32,000 nucleotides of DNA. It comes from Geobacter metallireducens GS-15 (GTDB lineage: Bacteria > Desulfobacterota > Desulfuromonadia > Geobacterales > Geobacteraceae). Under the pieces are notes generated by a model. That model was not told the DNA's origin. It searched no databases and saw nothing but the letters and a program-made list of their open reading frames with translations. Positions 1 through 10,131 of the stretch are shown here, piece by piece (the stretch's first letter is position 1; every line of letters begins with the position of its first letter). The position numbers were made by a program, and so were the translations under genes. The stretch is taken from the NCBI RefSeq assembly GCF_000012925.1, contig NC_007517.1, positions 1,410,001 through 1,442,000 of the forward strand, in the 5' to 3' direction.

Positions 1-488
1 TCAATATACACAACCAAGCCGGGGAAATCGTCGATAAATACCTTTTCCTTGATGGTTGTGGCAGCCCGCGACTCAATAACCTCGTAGAGAAATCGCTTGA
101 AGGAAGTGTTGCCCCAGGGGAGTGCAAAGACCGTGATGAACGTCGTGACGAGATAGGCAAGGACGGCGAACGTGAAGACTGGCGTGAGCAGCGATCCGAG
201 GCCAACCCCCCCCGCCTTCATGGCTGTTACTTCGCTGTCCGCGGACAGTCTGCCGAAGGAAAGAAGTACCGCCAGCAGAAATGCCATGGGGATTGCAACG
301 AGCAAGAAGGAAGGAAGCATGTAGAGGATGAGTCGGCAAACGTCGAGGAATGGCACTCCCTTGGCGAAGACCATCTCTGCCAGTTTGAGCAGGCGCCCCA
401 TGAGAAGTACAAAGGTAAAAACCGCCATGCCGAGAACGAACGGAACAGCGGTTTCCTTGAAAATGTAACGGAACAGAATGCTGGTCAT
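1..488 (-). CDS. lptF: LPS export ABC permease, LptF/LptG (YjgP/YjgQ) family. N-terminal part only; the gene runs off the left edge.
   Basis: Absent from the ORF track because it is truncated. The reverse-strand ATG (complement of 486-488) opens MTSILFRYIFKETAVPFVLGMAVFTFVLLMGRLLKLAEMVFAKGVPFLDV...LPSFLLVAIPMAFLLAVLLSFGRLSADSEVTAMKAGGVG. This matches the N-terminal pattern of LptF-type permeases (RY-x-x-x-E, then SE-x-T-x-M-x-A-x-G). Confidence 0.75.
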   Translation of the reverse strand, partial: MTSILFRYIFKETAVPFVLGMAVFTFVLLMGRLLKLAEMVFAKGVPFLDVCRLILYMLPSFLLVAIPMAFLLAVLLSFGRLSADSEVTAMKAGGVGLGSLLTPVFTFAVLAYLVTTFITVFALPWGNTSFKRFLYEVIESRAATTIKEKVFIDDFPGLVVYI

Positions 489-556
489 GGAGGCGCGATG
501 ATACACGAAGGTATGAGGGTTGTAAATAACAGAGGGGTGTGCATCACAGTTTGCCC

Positions 557-585
557 TTGTCAATTGTCTGTTCATGTGCTATACG
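557..585 (+). promoter_or_regulatory. Candidate sigma70 promoter for rpsB-tsf
   Basis: TTGTCA (557-562), a 17-nt spacer, then an extended -10 TGcTATACG (TATACG at 580-585). This leaves a ~105-nt GC-rich leader before the rpsB ATG. Confidence 0.45.
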
Positions 586-693
586 AGTTCGGTTTCTAAT
601 TCGCACGCTTTCTGTCCGGCCGGTGGTGTCCGCGTCTGATGCGGGTTCCGGCTGTCGGGGAAGCGGAGGCACAACCAAAAAGGAGAAAAAAGT

Positions 694-1449
694 ATGTCCA
701 GTGTAACAATGAAGGAGCTGCTGGAGGCCGGCGTACATTTCGGTCACCAAACCAAGAGATGGAATCCGAAGATGAAGCCGTACATTTTCGGGGCGCGGAA
801 CGGGATTTATATCATCGATCTCCAGAAGACCGTCCGCCTGTTCAAAAATGCTTACAGCTTTGTTCGCGAGTGTGCCCAGTCCGGTGAGACGATACTCTTT
901 GTCGGGACCAAGAAGCAGGCCCAGGACGCCATTGGTGAGGAAGCGTCGCGTTGCAATATGTATTATGTTAACCAACGCTGGCTTGGCGGGATGCTTACCA
1001 ACTTCGCCACCGTGAAGCAGAGCATTGATCGCCTCAAGCGTCTTGATGCCATGTTTGCCGATGGTACCGTTGAAGCCTACACCAAGAAGGAAGCCCTCCA
1101 GTTGGAAAAAGAGCGCCAGAAGCTCGAAAAGACCCTCGGCGGTATCAAGGGGATGGGAAAGGTTCCCGGTGCGCTTTTCGTGATTGACCCGAAGAACGAA
1201 ACGATTGCCATCAACGAAGCCAAAAAGCTCGGCATTCCTGTCGTGGCGGTTGTTGATACCAACTGCGATCCGGATCCGATCGATTATGTCATTCCCGGAA
1301 ACGATGATGCAATTCGCGCCATTCGTCTTCTGACCTCTAAGATGGCCGATGCGGTTCTCGAAGGTGCCCAGGCCCGGGATGCGCAGTTGCAGACCGGGGA
1401 AGAAGAGATGGCTGCTGCCGAAGGTGAGTCGGAGCAGGTAGAAGCGTAA
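694..1449 (+). CDS. rpsB: 30S ribosomal protein S2
   Basis: 251 aa. Contains [19 protein letters not shown] and the C-terminal acidic tail typical of S2. RBS AAAGGAG lies upstream. Confidence 0.98.
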   Translation: MSSVTMKELLEAGVHFGHQTKRWNPKMKPYIFGARNGIYIIDLQKTVRLFKNAYSFVRECAQSGETILFVGTKKQAQDAIGEEASRCNMYYVNQRWLGGMLTNFATVKQSIDRLKRLDAMFADGTVEAYTKKEALQLEKERQKLEKTLGGIKGMGKVPGALFVIDPKNETIAINEAKKLGIPVVAVVDTNCDPDPIDYVIPGNDDAIRAIRLLTSKMADAVLEGAQARDAQLQTGEEEMAAAEGESEQVEA

Positions 1450-1545
1450 GTCGTTTTACCCTGTCCGTTTGGCACGGGGCGTATATCATTCAAATTCAAA
1501 GAACAGGCTGACGCACGGCGCGTCGGCCCTGTCCGGGAGGATACA

Positions 1546-2196
1546 GTGAGCATCACAGCTGCACAGGTAAACGAGCTGAGAAAAGCTACCGGAGCAGGAC
1601 TTATGGACTGCAAGAAGGCCCTTACTGAGACCGGCGGCGATCATGAGAAGGCCATTGACTACCTTCGGAAGAAGGGGCTTGCCGCCGCCTCCAAGAAAGC
1701 TGGTCGCGTGGCTTCCGAGGGCGCGGTGGGTTCCTACATTCACGCTGGCGGAAAAATCGGAGTTCTCGTCGAAGTCAACTGCGAGACCGACTTCGTTGCG
1801 CGTAACGAAAACTTCCAGGCTTTCGTGAAGGATATCGCCATGCACATTGCGGCGGCCGCTCCCCAGTATGTGCGCCGCGAAGAAGTGACCGCGGATGTTG
1901 TCGAGCGCGAGAAGGAAATCTACCGCGCCAAGGCACGGGAAACCGGCAAGCCTGAGAATATTATCGAGAAGATCATCGAGGGGCAGGTTAATAAGTTTTA
2001 TGCCGACATCTGTCTCCTTGAGCAGCAATATGTGAAGGATTCGGATAAGACCGTCCAGCAGTTCCTTAACGAGACCATCGCGTCGATCGGTGAGAATATT
2101 TCGATTCGCCGCTTTGTACGGTACGCGCTGGGTGAGGGGCTTGCGAAGAAGGAAACCGATTTTGCAGCAGAGGTTGCTGCCGCAGCTGGTCTGTAA
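1546..2196 (+). CDS. tsf: Translation elongation factor Ts
   Basis: GTG start preceded by GGGAGGA. N-terminal UBA-like [24 protein letters not shown]. Conserved position after rpsB. Confidence 0.97.
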   Translation: MSITAAQVNELRKATGAGLMDCKKALTETGGDHEKAIDYLRKKGLAAASKKAGRVASEGAVGSYIHAGGKIGVLVEVNCETDFVARNENFQAFVKDIAMHIAAAAPQYVRREEVTADVVEREKEIYRAKARETGKPENIIEKIIEGQVNKFYADICLLEQQYVKDSDKTVQQFLNETIASIGENISIRRFVRYALGEGLAKKETDFAAEVAAAAGL

Positions 2197-2206
2197 GAAG
2201 GTGGAC

Positions 2207-2238
2207 GGGCCGGCCATGCTCCATGGCCGGCCTTTTTT
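2207..2238 (+). terminator. Rho-independent terminator after tsf
   Basis: Perfect 11-bp GC-rich stem GGCCGGCCATG / CATGGCCGGCC with a 3-nt loop, followed by TTTTTT. Confidence 0.85.
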
Positions 2239-2258
2239 ACGTCCACAGCAGAATATGA

Positions 2259-3011
<753 letters not shown>

Positions 3012-3012
3012 C

Positions 3013-3570
3013 ATGACGAAAGAAGTCATTGCCGACATGAAGGCGCACATGGAAAAGTCGGTTGACGCACTTCGCCGCGAATACCAGAAGGTGCGCACCG
3101 GCAGGGCCACCACCGGGCTTCTCGATGATATCAAGGTTGAATACTACGGGAATCCTTCGCCCCTCAGTCAGGTGGCGACCCTTTCTGTCCCCGAGCCCCG
3201 GACGATAACCATCCAACCTTGGGAGGCCAAGTTGATCCCGGTTATCGAAAAGGCGATCATGAACGCGAATCTTGGTTTTACCCCGGCCAATGACGGTAAG
3301 ACGATCCGCATTTCCCTTCCGCCTCTCACCGAAGAGCGCCGGAAGGAAATCGTCAAAACACTCAAGAAAATGGCTGAGGATACCAAGGTTGCGGTTCGCA
3401 ACATTCGCCGTGACGGGATTGATAGCCTCAAAAAGCTGGAGAAGGATAAGAAGATTTCCGAAGACGATCTGAAGCGCGCCGAGAAGGAAGTGCAGGATGT
3501 CACGAACACGTTCGTGGCAAAGGTTGAGGAAGTGCTTACGCACAAGGAGAAAGAGGTTCTGGAGGTCTGA
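3013..3570 (+). CDS. frr: Ribosome recycling factor
   Basis: 185 aa. Contains VRTGRATTGLLD...V..YG and a C-terminal coiled region. Starts 1 nt after the pyrH stop. Confidence 0.97.
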   Translation: MTKEVIADMKAHMEKSVDALRREYQKVRTGRATTGLLDDIKVEYYGNPSPLSQVATLSVPEPRTITIQPWEAKLIPVIEKAIMNANLGFTPANDGKTIRISLPPLTEERRKEIVKTLKKMAEDTKVAVRNIRRDGIDSLKKLEKDKKISEDDLKRAEKEVQDVTNTFVAKVEEVLTHKEKEVLEV

Positions 3571-3581
3571 TGCCGCGCTAA

Positions 3582-3609
3582 GCGGGAAAAAAGTATTTTT
3601 CCGCTTTTT
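3582..3609 (+). terminator. Rho-independent terminator after frr
   Basis: GCGGGAAAAA / TTTTTCCGC stem (9 bp including one G-U pair), 5-nt loop, then TTTTT. Confidence 0.7.
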
Positions 3610-3640
3610 GCTTGCGCACCAAGTGCTTTTATGCTTTAAT

Positions 3641-3673
3641 CCCCTTTAACCCCTCAATTAAAGGGGATTTTTT
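3641..3673 (+). terminator. Second terminator-like hairpin in the uppS leader
   Basis: Perfect 9-bp stem CCCCTTTAA (3641-3649) / TTAAAGGGG (3658-3666) followed by ATTTTTT. It ends 15 nt before the uppS ATG. Confidence 0.5.
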
Positions 3674-3688
3674 GTTTCTGGGTATCCC

Positions 3689-4429
3689 ATGTACGGTCTC
3701 TCACACGACAAACTTCCCCGCCACTTGGCCGTCATTATGGACGGAAACGGCCGTTGGGCCCAGGAGCGGATGCTCAAGAGGATCATTGGCCACCAGAAGG
3801 GGGTCGAGACGGTGCGGGTGATTGTTGAGGAGTGTTCCCGTCTTGGCATCAAGTATCTGACACTCTTTGCCTTTTCCGCGGAGAACTGGCTCCGACCCAA
3901 GACGGAAGTGAAAGCCCTCATGTCACTTCTCAAGAAGTACATCAGGGTCGAAACAGCACGGATGCTTGACAGCAATATACGGTTCAACGTGATCGGTGCC
4001 CGGGAGGAACTGCCGCCGGACGTGAACCAGGCTGTGCAGGAGGCCATCGACAGGACAGCGCGCAATACAGGTATGGTGCTGACGCTTGCCCTTTCCTACG
4101 GTGCACGCCAGGAAATTCTCTTGGCGGCCGAGCGCATTGCTGCCGACCTCTCCTCAGGCCATCTCTCCCTTGGCGATATTGACGAGAAAACCTTCTCCTC
4201 ATACCTGTTTACGTCTGGCATGCCCGATCCCGATTTCCTCATCAGAACGAGCGGGGAGATGCGGATCAGTAATTTCCTCCTCTGGCAACTCGCTTACACA
4301 GAGCTCTATTTTACCGAGGTCAACTGGCCCGAGTTCACCGCTAAGGAGCTCCACCGTGCTCTGCACGACTATCAGTCCCGCGAGCGGCGCTTCGGCCGTA
4401 CGAGTGCGCAACTGCAGAACAGGAGCTGA
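3689..4429 (+). CDS. uppS: Di-trans,poly-cis-undecaprenyl-diphosphate synthase
   Basis: 246 aa. Contains the cis-prenyltransferase motifs HLAVIMDGNGRWA and RTSGEMRISNFLLWQLAYTELYF. Confidence 0.96.
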   Translation: MYGLSHDKLPRHLAVIMDGNGRWAQERMLKRIIGHQKGVETVRVIVEECSRLGIKYLTLFAFSAENWLRPKTEVKALMSLLKKYIRVETARMLDSNIRFNVIGAREELPPDVNQAVQEAIDRTARNTGMVLTLALSYGARQEILLAAERIAADLSSGHLSLGDIDEKTFSSYLFTSGMPDPDFLIRTSGEMRISNFLLWQLAYTELYFTEVNWPEFTAKELHRALHDYQSRERRFGRTSAQLQNRS

Positions 4430-4470
4430 CCATCAAGCGTCTACTGACCGGGGTCATTGCCCTGCCTCTG

Positions 4471-5259
4471 TTGATATTGTTCATCCTTAAAGCGAGCGTT
4501 TTCGTCTTTGCCTGCTTTGTTGGTCTCCTGGTGTTACTTGGTCTGGGCGAGTTCTACCGGATGGCACTTCCGAAACGGCCCGTGGTAGGGACCGTTGCGT
4601 CGCTGTCAGGGATGCTCGTCCTGCCTGTTTTAGTCAGCCCTGAGTTGCTACTGCGCTTTGTGCCGGTCCCTGCCGGGAACGGCGTGTTGTTAGCTCTGAC
4701 GCTTCTATTCTCTGCCGTTGCCATTTTTTTTCTCTTCAGTATCAGAGATATCCGTCAGAGTGCGGCCGAAGCAGGCCTCATCTGGTTGGGATTTGCCTAT
4801 GTCCCTTTACTCCTTTCGCACCTTGTCCTTCTCAGGGCTCTCCCTGATGGAGTCTCATGGGTGTTTCTGATGCTTTTGATAGTCATGTCCGGCGACACTG
4901 CGGCATACTATGTGGGGAGCACTCTCGGAAGACGGAAGCTTTACCCTATTGTCAGTCCCAACAAGAGCATCGAAGGTGCTCTCGGCGGGCTCTGCGGGAG
5001 TCTTGCAGGTACCTTGATTGCAAAATACACATTCTTGCATCAGCTAACGGTCGTTGACTGTGTGGTCACTGCTTTGGCCGTAGGGGCGTTGGGGCAGGTC
5101 GGAGACCTGTTCGAATCGCTTCTCAAGCGCAGCTTCGGCGTTAAGGATTCAGGCATTATCATTCCTGGACACGGCGGCATCCTCGACCGGCTCGACAGCA
5201 TTCTTTTTGCCGCACCCGCACTGTATTACTATGCCTATCTGGTGGTCATGGCCCGATAG
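4471..5259 (+). CDS. cdsA: Phosphatidate cytidylyltransferase (CDP-diglyceride synthase). The 5' end is uncertain; see findings.
   Basis: C-terminal signature SLLKRSFGVKDSGIIIPGHGGILDRLDS in a polytopic membrane protein. The first canonical start is TTG 4471, but CdsA-like N-terminal residues (KRLLTGVIALPLL) are encoded in frame upstream. Confidence 0.9.
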   Translation: MILFILKASVFVFACFVGLLVLLGLGEFYRMALPKRPVVGTVASLSGMLVLPVLVSPELLLRFVPVPAGNGVLLALTLLFSAVAIFFLFSIRDIRQSAAEAGLIWLGFAYVPLLLSHLVLLRALPDGVSWVFLMLLIVMSGDTAAYYVGSTLGRRKLYPIVSPNKSIEGALGGLCGSLAGTLIAKYTFLHQLTVVDCVVTALAVGALGQVGDLFESLLKRSFGVKDSGIIIPGHGGILDRLDSILFAAPALYYYAYLVVMAR

Positions 5260-5277
5260 GTTTCCTGACGAGGGAAC

Positions 5278-6432
5278 ATGAAAAAACTCACCATTCTTGG
5301 CTCAACCGGTTCCATCGGGACCAGCACTCTGGAGATCGTCGCAGCGCACCCGGACCGATTCCAGGTGATTGCCCTCACGGCGGGGAGTAACCTGGAGCTT
5401 CTCAAACAACAGGTTGAAGTGTTTCGGCCCAGGCTTGTCAGCGTTCTGACCGCTGACCTGGCCCGACAGTTGGACCGGATGCTCTCGGATCCGAAACCGG
5501 AAATCCATCATGGGATTCCCGGTCTTATCGCCGCTGCCACTGCCGGTGAGGCCGATGTCGTGGTTGCCGCTATTGTTGGGGCTGCCGGCCTCGTGCCGAC
5601 CGCCGCCGCAATCAAGGCCGGCAAGGACGTCGCCTTGGCAAATAAGGAGACCCTTGTCACCGCCGGCCGGATCATGATGGACCTCGTCAGGGAAAACGGG
5701 GTCAGGCTCTATCCTGTCGACAGCGAGCACTCGGCGGTCTTTCAGTCCCTGGAGGGGCAGAGCGGAAAGGATGTGAAGCGGATTATTCTGACCGCATCGG
5801 GGGGACCATTTCTGAATCTTCCCCTTGACCGCCTTTCACGGGTTTCGGTCGCCGATGCCCTCAATCACCCCAACTGGAGCATGGGGCAAAAGATAACCAT
5901 CGACTCGGCCACCATGATGAACAAGGGATTGGAGGTGATCGAGGCCCGCTGGCTTTTTGACACGCCGGCGGAGCGGATTGCCGTGAATATTCACCCCCAG
6001 AGCATCATTCACTCCATGGTTGAGTATGTGGACGGCTGTGTTATGGCCCAGTTGGGGGTTCCCGACATGAAGGCCCCCATTGCCTATGCCTTGACCTATC
6101 CGGAACGGATTCCTACGGGGGTGAAGCCCCTTGACCTGACCGCGTTGTCCGGACTCACCTTCCTGGCTCCCGACTATCAGCGCTTCCCCGCCTTGAAACT
6201 GGCCTACGATGCCCTTGCCGCTGGAGAAAGCATGCCGGCGGTCATGAACGCCGCCAACGAGGTGGCTGTCGAGGCCTTCCTCAAGGGGAAAATCGGGTTT
6301 ACCGGTATCGCCACTTCTATCGCTCGAACCATGGATGCACACGAGCCCCATACCCTTGCCACCATCGAGGATGTCCTTTCCTCTGACCTCTGGGCGAGGG
6401 AGAAGAGCAGGGAGCTCATAGGGTTGTCCTGA
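5278..6432 (+). CDS. dxr: 1-deoxy-D-xylulose 5-phosphate reductoisomerase
   Basis: 384 aa. Contains the N-terminal NADPH motif [18 protein letters not shown], and [27 protein letters not shown]. Confidence 0.97.
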   Translation: MKKLTILGSTGSIGTSTLEIVAAHPDRFQVIALTAGSNLELLKQQVEVFRPRLVSVLTADLARQLDRMLSDPKPEIHHGIPGLIAAATAGEADVVVAAIVGAAGLVPTAAAIKAGKDVALANKETLVTAGRIMMDLVRENGVRLYPVDSEHSAVFQSLEGQSGKDVKRIILTASGGPFLNLPLDRLSRVSVADALNHPNWSMGQKITIDSATMMNKGLEVIEARWLFDTPAERIAVNIHPQSIIHSMVEYVDGCVMAQLGVPDMKAPIAYALTYPERIPTGVKPLDLTALSGLTFLAPDYQRFPALKLAYDALAAGESMPAVMNAANEVAVEAFLKGKIGFTGIATSIARTMDAHEPHTLATIEDVLSSDLWAREKSRELIGLS

Positions 6433-6464
6433 CGGGATGTCCGTCACCTTTATCGAGGCACCAG

Positions 6465-7532
6465 ATGACCAGTATCGTTTCGGCAATTATTGTTCTCGGC
6501 ATACTCATCTTTGTTCACGAGTTTGGGCACTTCCTCTTTGCCAAGCTCTTTGGCGTCGGGGTCGAAAAGTTTTCCCTCGGCTTCGGGCCGAAGCTTATCG
6601 GCAAGAAGATGGGTGAAACCGAGTACCTCATTTCCGCGTTCCCCTTGGGGGGATACGTAAAAATGGTGGGCGAGGGTGGGGGGGATGAACTCTCTGATGA
6701 GGAAAAGGCGCGTTCTTTTGGAGAAAAATCGCCCCTCAGACGTATTGGGATTGTGGTGGCGGGTCCCGGGTTCAACCTGATTTTTGCCTGGTTCGTATTC
6801 ATTGCAGTATTCATGGTAGGGGTCCCCTCCGCGACCACTAAAATCGGCGAAGTGGTCAAGGACAAGCCGGCGGCCAAGGCTGGTATCGTTGCGGGCGACA
6901 GAATCACTGCTGTGAACGGCAAGAAGGTTGATCGCTGGGAGGAAATGGCCACAGAGATCGCAGCTTCGAAAGGACCATCCCTCCTTGTTGAAATCAAGCG
7001 CGGCGGGGAAACGAAGGCTTTCCAGCTTAAGCCCGAGATGAGAACCGGCAAGAATCTCCTCGGCGAAACCGTGACCTCACCCGTAATAGGTGTAGTTGCC
7101 GCGGGAGAGACGGTTATCGACCGCTATCCTCCCGGAGAAGCCTTCTCCCGTGGGAGTGTCCAGACCTGGAACGTCATCGAACTGACGGTCCTCTCGCTGG
7201 TGAGGATCATCGAGCGGGCCATTCCCCTGGACACTATCGGCGGGCCGATTATGATCGCCAAGATGGCCGGCCAGCAGGCTGAGGCTGGAGGGGTTAGTTT
7301 TCTTGCCTTCATGGCGCTCCTCTCGGTCAACCTGGGGGTGCTCAATCTTCTTCCCATCCCGATTCTCGATGGTGGTCACCTCTTTTTCTACCTTTGGGAG
7401 TTGATCTTCCGGAGACCGGTAAGTATGAGGGCCCGGGAAATTGCCCAGCAGGTGGGGCTTGCGCTTCTCATCGGGCTCATGGTGCTTGCCTTCTACAACG
7501 ACATTGCCCGCTACCTCGTGGGGAACGGGTAG
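6465..7532 (+). CDS. rseP: RIP site-2 metalloprotease RseP
   Basis: 355 aa. Contains the HEFGH zinc motif near the N-terminus, a central PDZ-like segment (KAGIVAGDRITAVNGK) and the NLLPIPILDGGH motif. Confidence 0.95.
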   Translation: MTSIVSAIIVLGILIFVHEFGHFLFAKLFGVGVEKFSLGFGPKLIGKKMGETEYLISAFPLGGYVKMVGEGGGDELSDEEKARSFGEKSPLRRIGIVVAGPGFNLIFAWFVFIAVFMVGVPSATTKIGEVVKDKPAAKAGIVAGDRITAVNGKKVDRWEEMATEIAASKGPSLLVEIKRGGETKAFQLKPEMRTGKNLLGETVTSPVIGVVAAGETVIDRYPPGEAFSRGSVQTWNVIELTVLSLVRIIERAIPLDTIGGPIMIAKMAGQQAEAGGVSFLAFMALLSVNLGVLNLLPIPILDGGHLFFYLWELIFRRPVSMRAREIAQQVGLALLIGLMVLAFYNDIARYLVGNG

Positions 7533-8224
7533 TGAAGCTCCTTACTGTCGACACCTCTACCTCTACCTGCAGCGTGGCCCTTACCATTGGCGGGAGCCTC
7601 GTGGCCGAGTCCCTGCTCGACAGCGAGCGTACCCTTTCCGAGAGGCTCCTTGCATCGATCGACACGATACTGCGCGATGCCGGACTCCTTCTTGCCGATC
7701 TGGATGGCTTCGGGGTTGCCTTGGGGCCAGGTTCCTTCACGGGAGTCCGCATCGGGGTGTCAACCGTCAAGGGGCTAGCTTTGGCAACGGGAAAACCGGT
7801 TGCCGGTTTTTCTTCTCTCGCCATGCTTGCACTTAACCTCCCGGTCAACTCACTTCCTGTCTGCACCCTTTTTGATGCGCGGAAAAAGGAAGTCTACGCA
7901 GGGCTCTACCGTTGCGGCTCACTTCCCGAACCACTCCATGCCGACTGTGTCATGGCTCCGGAACGCTTCCTGGATCTGGTCGACGGTCCGGCTCTTTTTG
8001 TCGGCAATGGGGCGCTCCGGTACCACGAACTTATCGTGGAGACCCTTGGCGACCGTGCCGTCTTTGCGCCGGCCCACTGCCATCAGCCTCGGGCGGCGGC
8101 TGGTGCGGTTCTTGCTCTCGAGGCGTTCCGTTCTGGCGCTCTTACACTACTGCCTTTCCTGAACCCCACCTATATCCGTCCATCCGAGGCCGAACTGTCA
8201 AGAATGATGCGGGAAACGCTATAA
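7532..8224 (+). CDS. tsaB: tRNA t6A37 threonylcarbamoyltransferase complex dimerisation subunit TsaB (YeaZ)
   Basis: GTG at 7532 overlaps the rseP stop (TAGTG). The N-terminus VKLLTVDTSTSTCSVAL and GPGSFTGVRIG are typical of TsaB. The ORF-track start at 7394 lies inside rseP and is rejected. Confidence 0.88.
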   Translation: MKLLTVDTSTSTCSVALTIGGSLVAESLLDSERTLSERLLASIDTILRDAGLLLADLDGFGVALGPGSFTGVRIGVSTVKGLALATGKPVAGFSSLAMLALNLPVNSLPVCTLFDARKKEVYAGLYRCGSLPEPLHADCVMAPERFLDLVDGPALFVGNGALRYHELIVETLGDRAVFAPAHCHQPRAAAGAVLALEAFRSGALTLLPFLNPTYIRPSEAELSRMMRETL

Positions 8225-8240
8225 CGCCATTTAAATGGTG

Positions 8241-8269
8241 TTGACAGTCCCACCCGGATGTATTATTTT
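8241..8269 (+). promoter_or_regulatory. Candidate sigma70 promoter for the ilvD-ilvBNC cluster
   Basis: Consensus TTGACA (8241-8246), a 17-nt spacer, then TATTTT (8264-8269), in a locally AT-rich intergenic region ~130 nt upstream of the ilvD ATG. Confidence 0.5.
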
Positions 8270-8399
8270 CACACTTTCCTTTTGTACTTCGATCTGTTTG
8301 AGATAATTGAATTTTGGATTATGCTCGCGAAACAGTTGGTCGGATCGAAGGCTCTTCTTGGGTACCACCCCATTAGATTCTACAGCAGAGGTCTTTCAG

Positions 8400-10061
8400 A
8401 TGCGCAGTGACACCATAAAGCAGGGGATCGAACGGACTCCGCACCGAGCCCTCATCAAGGGAACCGGGGTTCCCCAAAGCGAAATGGCAAAACCCTTCAT
8501 CGGCGTTGCCACCAGCTTCACTGACCTTATCCCTGGTCACGTAGGAATGCGTGACCTGGAGCGATTTATTGAGAAGGGAATCCACAGCGGCGGCGGTTAC
8601 GCCTTTTTCTTCGGCATTCCCGGTGTCTGTGACGGAATCGCCATGGGGCACAAGGGGATGCACTACTCTCTCCCGACCCGCGAACTGATTGCCGATATGG
8701 TTGAGTCGGTGGCCGAAGCCCATCGCCTCGATGGCCTCGTGCTGCTCACCAACTGCGATAAGATCACCCCTGGTATGCTTATGGCGGCTGCTCGGCTTGA
8801 TATCCCCACCATCGTGGTAACCGCCGGCCCCATGATGGCCGGCCGCGGTGTTGAAGGGCGCCGCTTTTCCTTCGTGACCGATACTTTTGAGGCCATGGCA
8901 CGCTACAAGGCCGGTGTCATCGATGCGAAGGAGCTTCAGGTCTGCGAGGACAACGCCTGTCCCGGTATGGGGTCGTGCCAGGGGCTCTTTACCGCCAATA
9001 CCATGGCTATTCTCACCGAAACCCTCGGCATGAGTCTCCCTCGTTGTGGGACGGCCCTGGCGGTTTCCGCCCTCAAGCGTCGCATAGCATTCGCCTCGGG
9101 TGAGAAGATCGTGGACCTGGTCCGCAATGGGGTTACCCCGCGCCAGATCCTGACACGTGCTGCATTTGAAAACGCCATCCGGGTGGATCTCGCCCTCGGC
9201 GGTTCCTCTAATACGGTCCTCCACCTCCTGGCCATTGCCCGGGAGGCAGGGGTTGATCTCCCTCTCGAAACCTTCGATATCCTTTCCAAGGAGACGCCGC
9301 AGATTGCCTCCATGAATCCCGCTGGAGAGTATTTCATGGAGGATCTCGACGCGGCCGGCGGTGTTGTCGGGGTGTTGAAACAACTCGGTGGCACCATTAA
9401 GGACAGCCCGACCGTCTTGGGGCTTACCACCCGCGAGTTGGCCTCCACGGTGGAATCGGTGGATGAGCGGGTGATCCGTCCCGTTTCCGACCCGGTCAAG
9501 AAAGAAGGGGGAATCGCTGTCCTCTTCGGTAATCTCGCACCCAAAGGTGCCGTGGTGAAGCAGTCGGGGGTGTCTGCTCCCATGATGCAGTTCGAGGGGA
9601 CTGCCCGCTGTTTCGACTCGGAGGAACTCGCCATGGCCGCCCTCATGGGGGGGAAGATCACGTCTGGCGACGTGGTGGTCATTCGTTACGAAGGGCCCAA
9701 GGGTGGTCCGGGGATGCGGGAGATGCTCGCACCGACCGCAACCCTCATGGGACTCGGCCTCGGCGATTCCGTTGCCCTTGTTACCGACGGCCGTTTTTCC
9801 GGCGGCACCCGTGGCCCCTGTATCGGCCACATATCCCCGGAGGCGGCAGAAGGGGGCCCCATCGCCCTGGTTGAAGAGGGGGACAGGATCCGTCTCGATA
9901 TTCCCAACCGGAAGCTGGAGCTCCTTGTGGATGAGTCGATCCTCGCGGAACGCCGCAGCCGCTGGGTAGCCCCTGAGCCCAAGATCAAGACCGGATGGCT
10001 TGCCCGCTATGCCAAGGTGGTTACTTCGGCATACACCGGCGCGGTTACCACAGCCGAATAG
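8400..10061 (+). CDS. ilvD: Dihydroxy-acid dehydratase
   Basis: ATG 8400 gives [23 protein letters not shown], the typical IlvD N-terminus. Contains [12 protein letters not shown] and [11 protein letters not shown] motifs. The ORF-track start at 8307 adds a non-homologous 31 aa. Confidence 0.96.
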   Translation: MRSDTIKQGIERTPHRALIKGTGVPQSEMAKPFIGVATSFTDLIPGHVGMRDLERFIEKGIHSGGGYAFFFGIPGVCDGIAMGHKGMHYSLPTRELIADMVESVAEAHRLDGLVLLTNCDKITPGMLMAAARLDIPTIVVTAGPMMAGRGVEGRRFSFVTDTFEAMARYKAGVIDAKELQVCEDNACPGMGSCQGLFTANTMAILTETLGMSLPRCGTALAVSALKRRIAFASGEKIVDLVRNGVTPRQILTRAAFENAIRVDLALGGSSNTVLHLLAIAREAGVDLPLETFDILSKETPQIASMNPAGEYFMEDLDAAGGVVGVLKQLGGTIKDSPTVLGLTTRELASTVESVDERVIRPVSDPVKKEGGIAVLFGNLAPKGAVVKQSGVSAPMMQFEGTARCFDSEELAMAALMGGKITSGDVVVIRYEGPKGGPGMREMLAPTATLMGLGLGDSVALVTDGRFSGGTRGPCIGHISPEAAEGGPIALVEEGDRIRLDIPNRKLELLVDESILAERRSRWVAPEPKIKTGWLARYAKVVTSAYTGAVTTAE

Positions 10062-10131
10062 GAACGATTCTGCAATCGCTCCCGTAGACCAGTCGCTCCA
10101 CTATCTGATTTCCCTTTTGGGAGGTTTTTCT

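Noticed and set aside
544-975. 143-aa reverse ORF spanning the lptF-rpsB intergenic region and the 5' part of rpsB
   Set aside because: It overlaps the rpsB promoter, leader and coding sequence. It has no homology features and is antisense to a ribosomal protein gene.
7394-7531. Over-extended ORF-track N-termini: tsaB 7394, ilvD 8307, ilvB 10000, ilvN 11833, psd 13538, leuC 18745, repeat protein 20790, mlaD 23174, nucleosidase 26047, kdsB 26183 and LOG 18693
   Set aside because: The extensions overlap upstream genes or intergenic promoters and lack homology. Internal ATG or GTG codons with an RBS reproduce the canonical family N-termini.
7552-7570. CCTCTA micro-tandem repeat (cctctacctctacct)
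   Set aside because: It is only 2.5 copies and simply encodes the conserved DTSTST motif of TsaB. It is not a VNTR or regulatory repeat.
8360-8371. GGGTACCACCCC in the ilvD leader. It is complementary to, and partly identical with, the T-box core GGGTGGTACCAC of the leuA leader, so I considered a second or antisense T-box or a trans-pairing site.
   Set aside because: The match rests on the palindromic GGTACC core, so the effective information is only ~8-10 nt. No Stem I, specifier or terminator elements surround it on either strand, and no reverse-strand gene lies downstream.
8321-8410. 29-codon upstream ORF ([29 protein letters not shown]) in the ilvD leader, considered as an ilv attenuation leader peptide
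   Set aside because: It has no Shine-Dalgarno and no run of Ile, Leu or Val codons. No terminator or antiterminator hairpins or U tract follow it.
8373-9830. 485-aa reverse-strand ORF antisense to ilvD. Similar long antisense ORFs occur at 12329-13519 (ilvC), 18772-20007 (leuC), 15516-16451 (leuA), 1486-2265 (tsf), 26210-27016 (kdsB), 27094-27981 (pyrG) and 28732-29637 (kdsA).
   Set aside because: Each lies fully inside a strongly supported conserved gene on the other strand. Their products are low-complexity and rich in Gly, Arg, Pro and His, with no recognisable motifs. Long antisense ORFs are expected in ~60% GC DNA because stop codons are rare.
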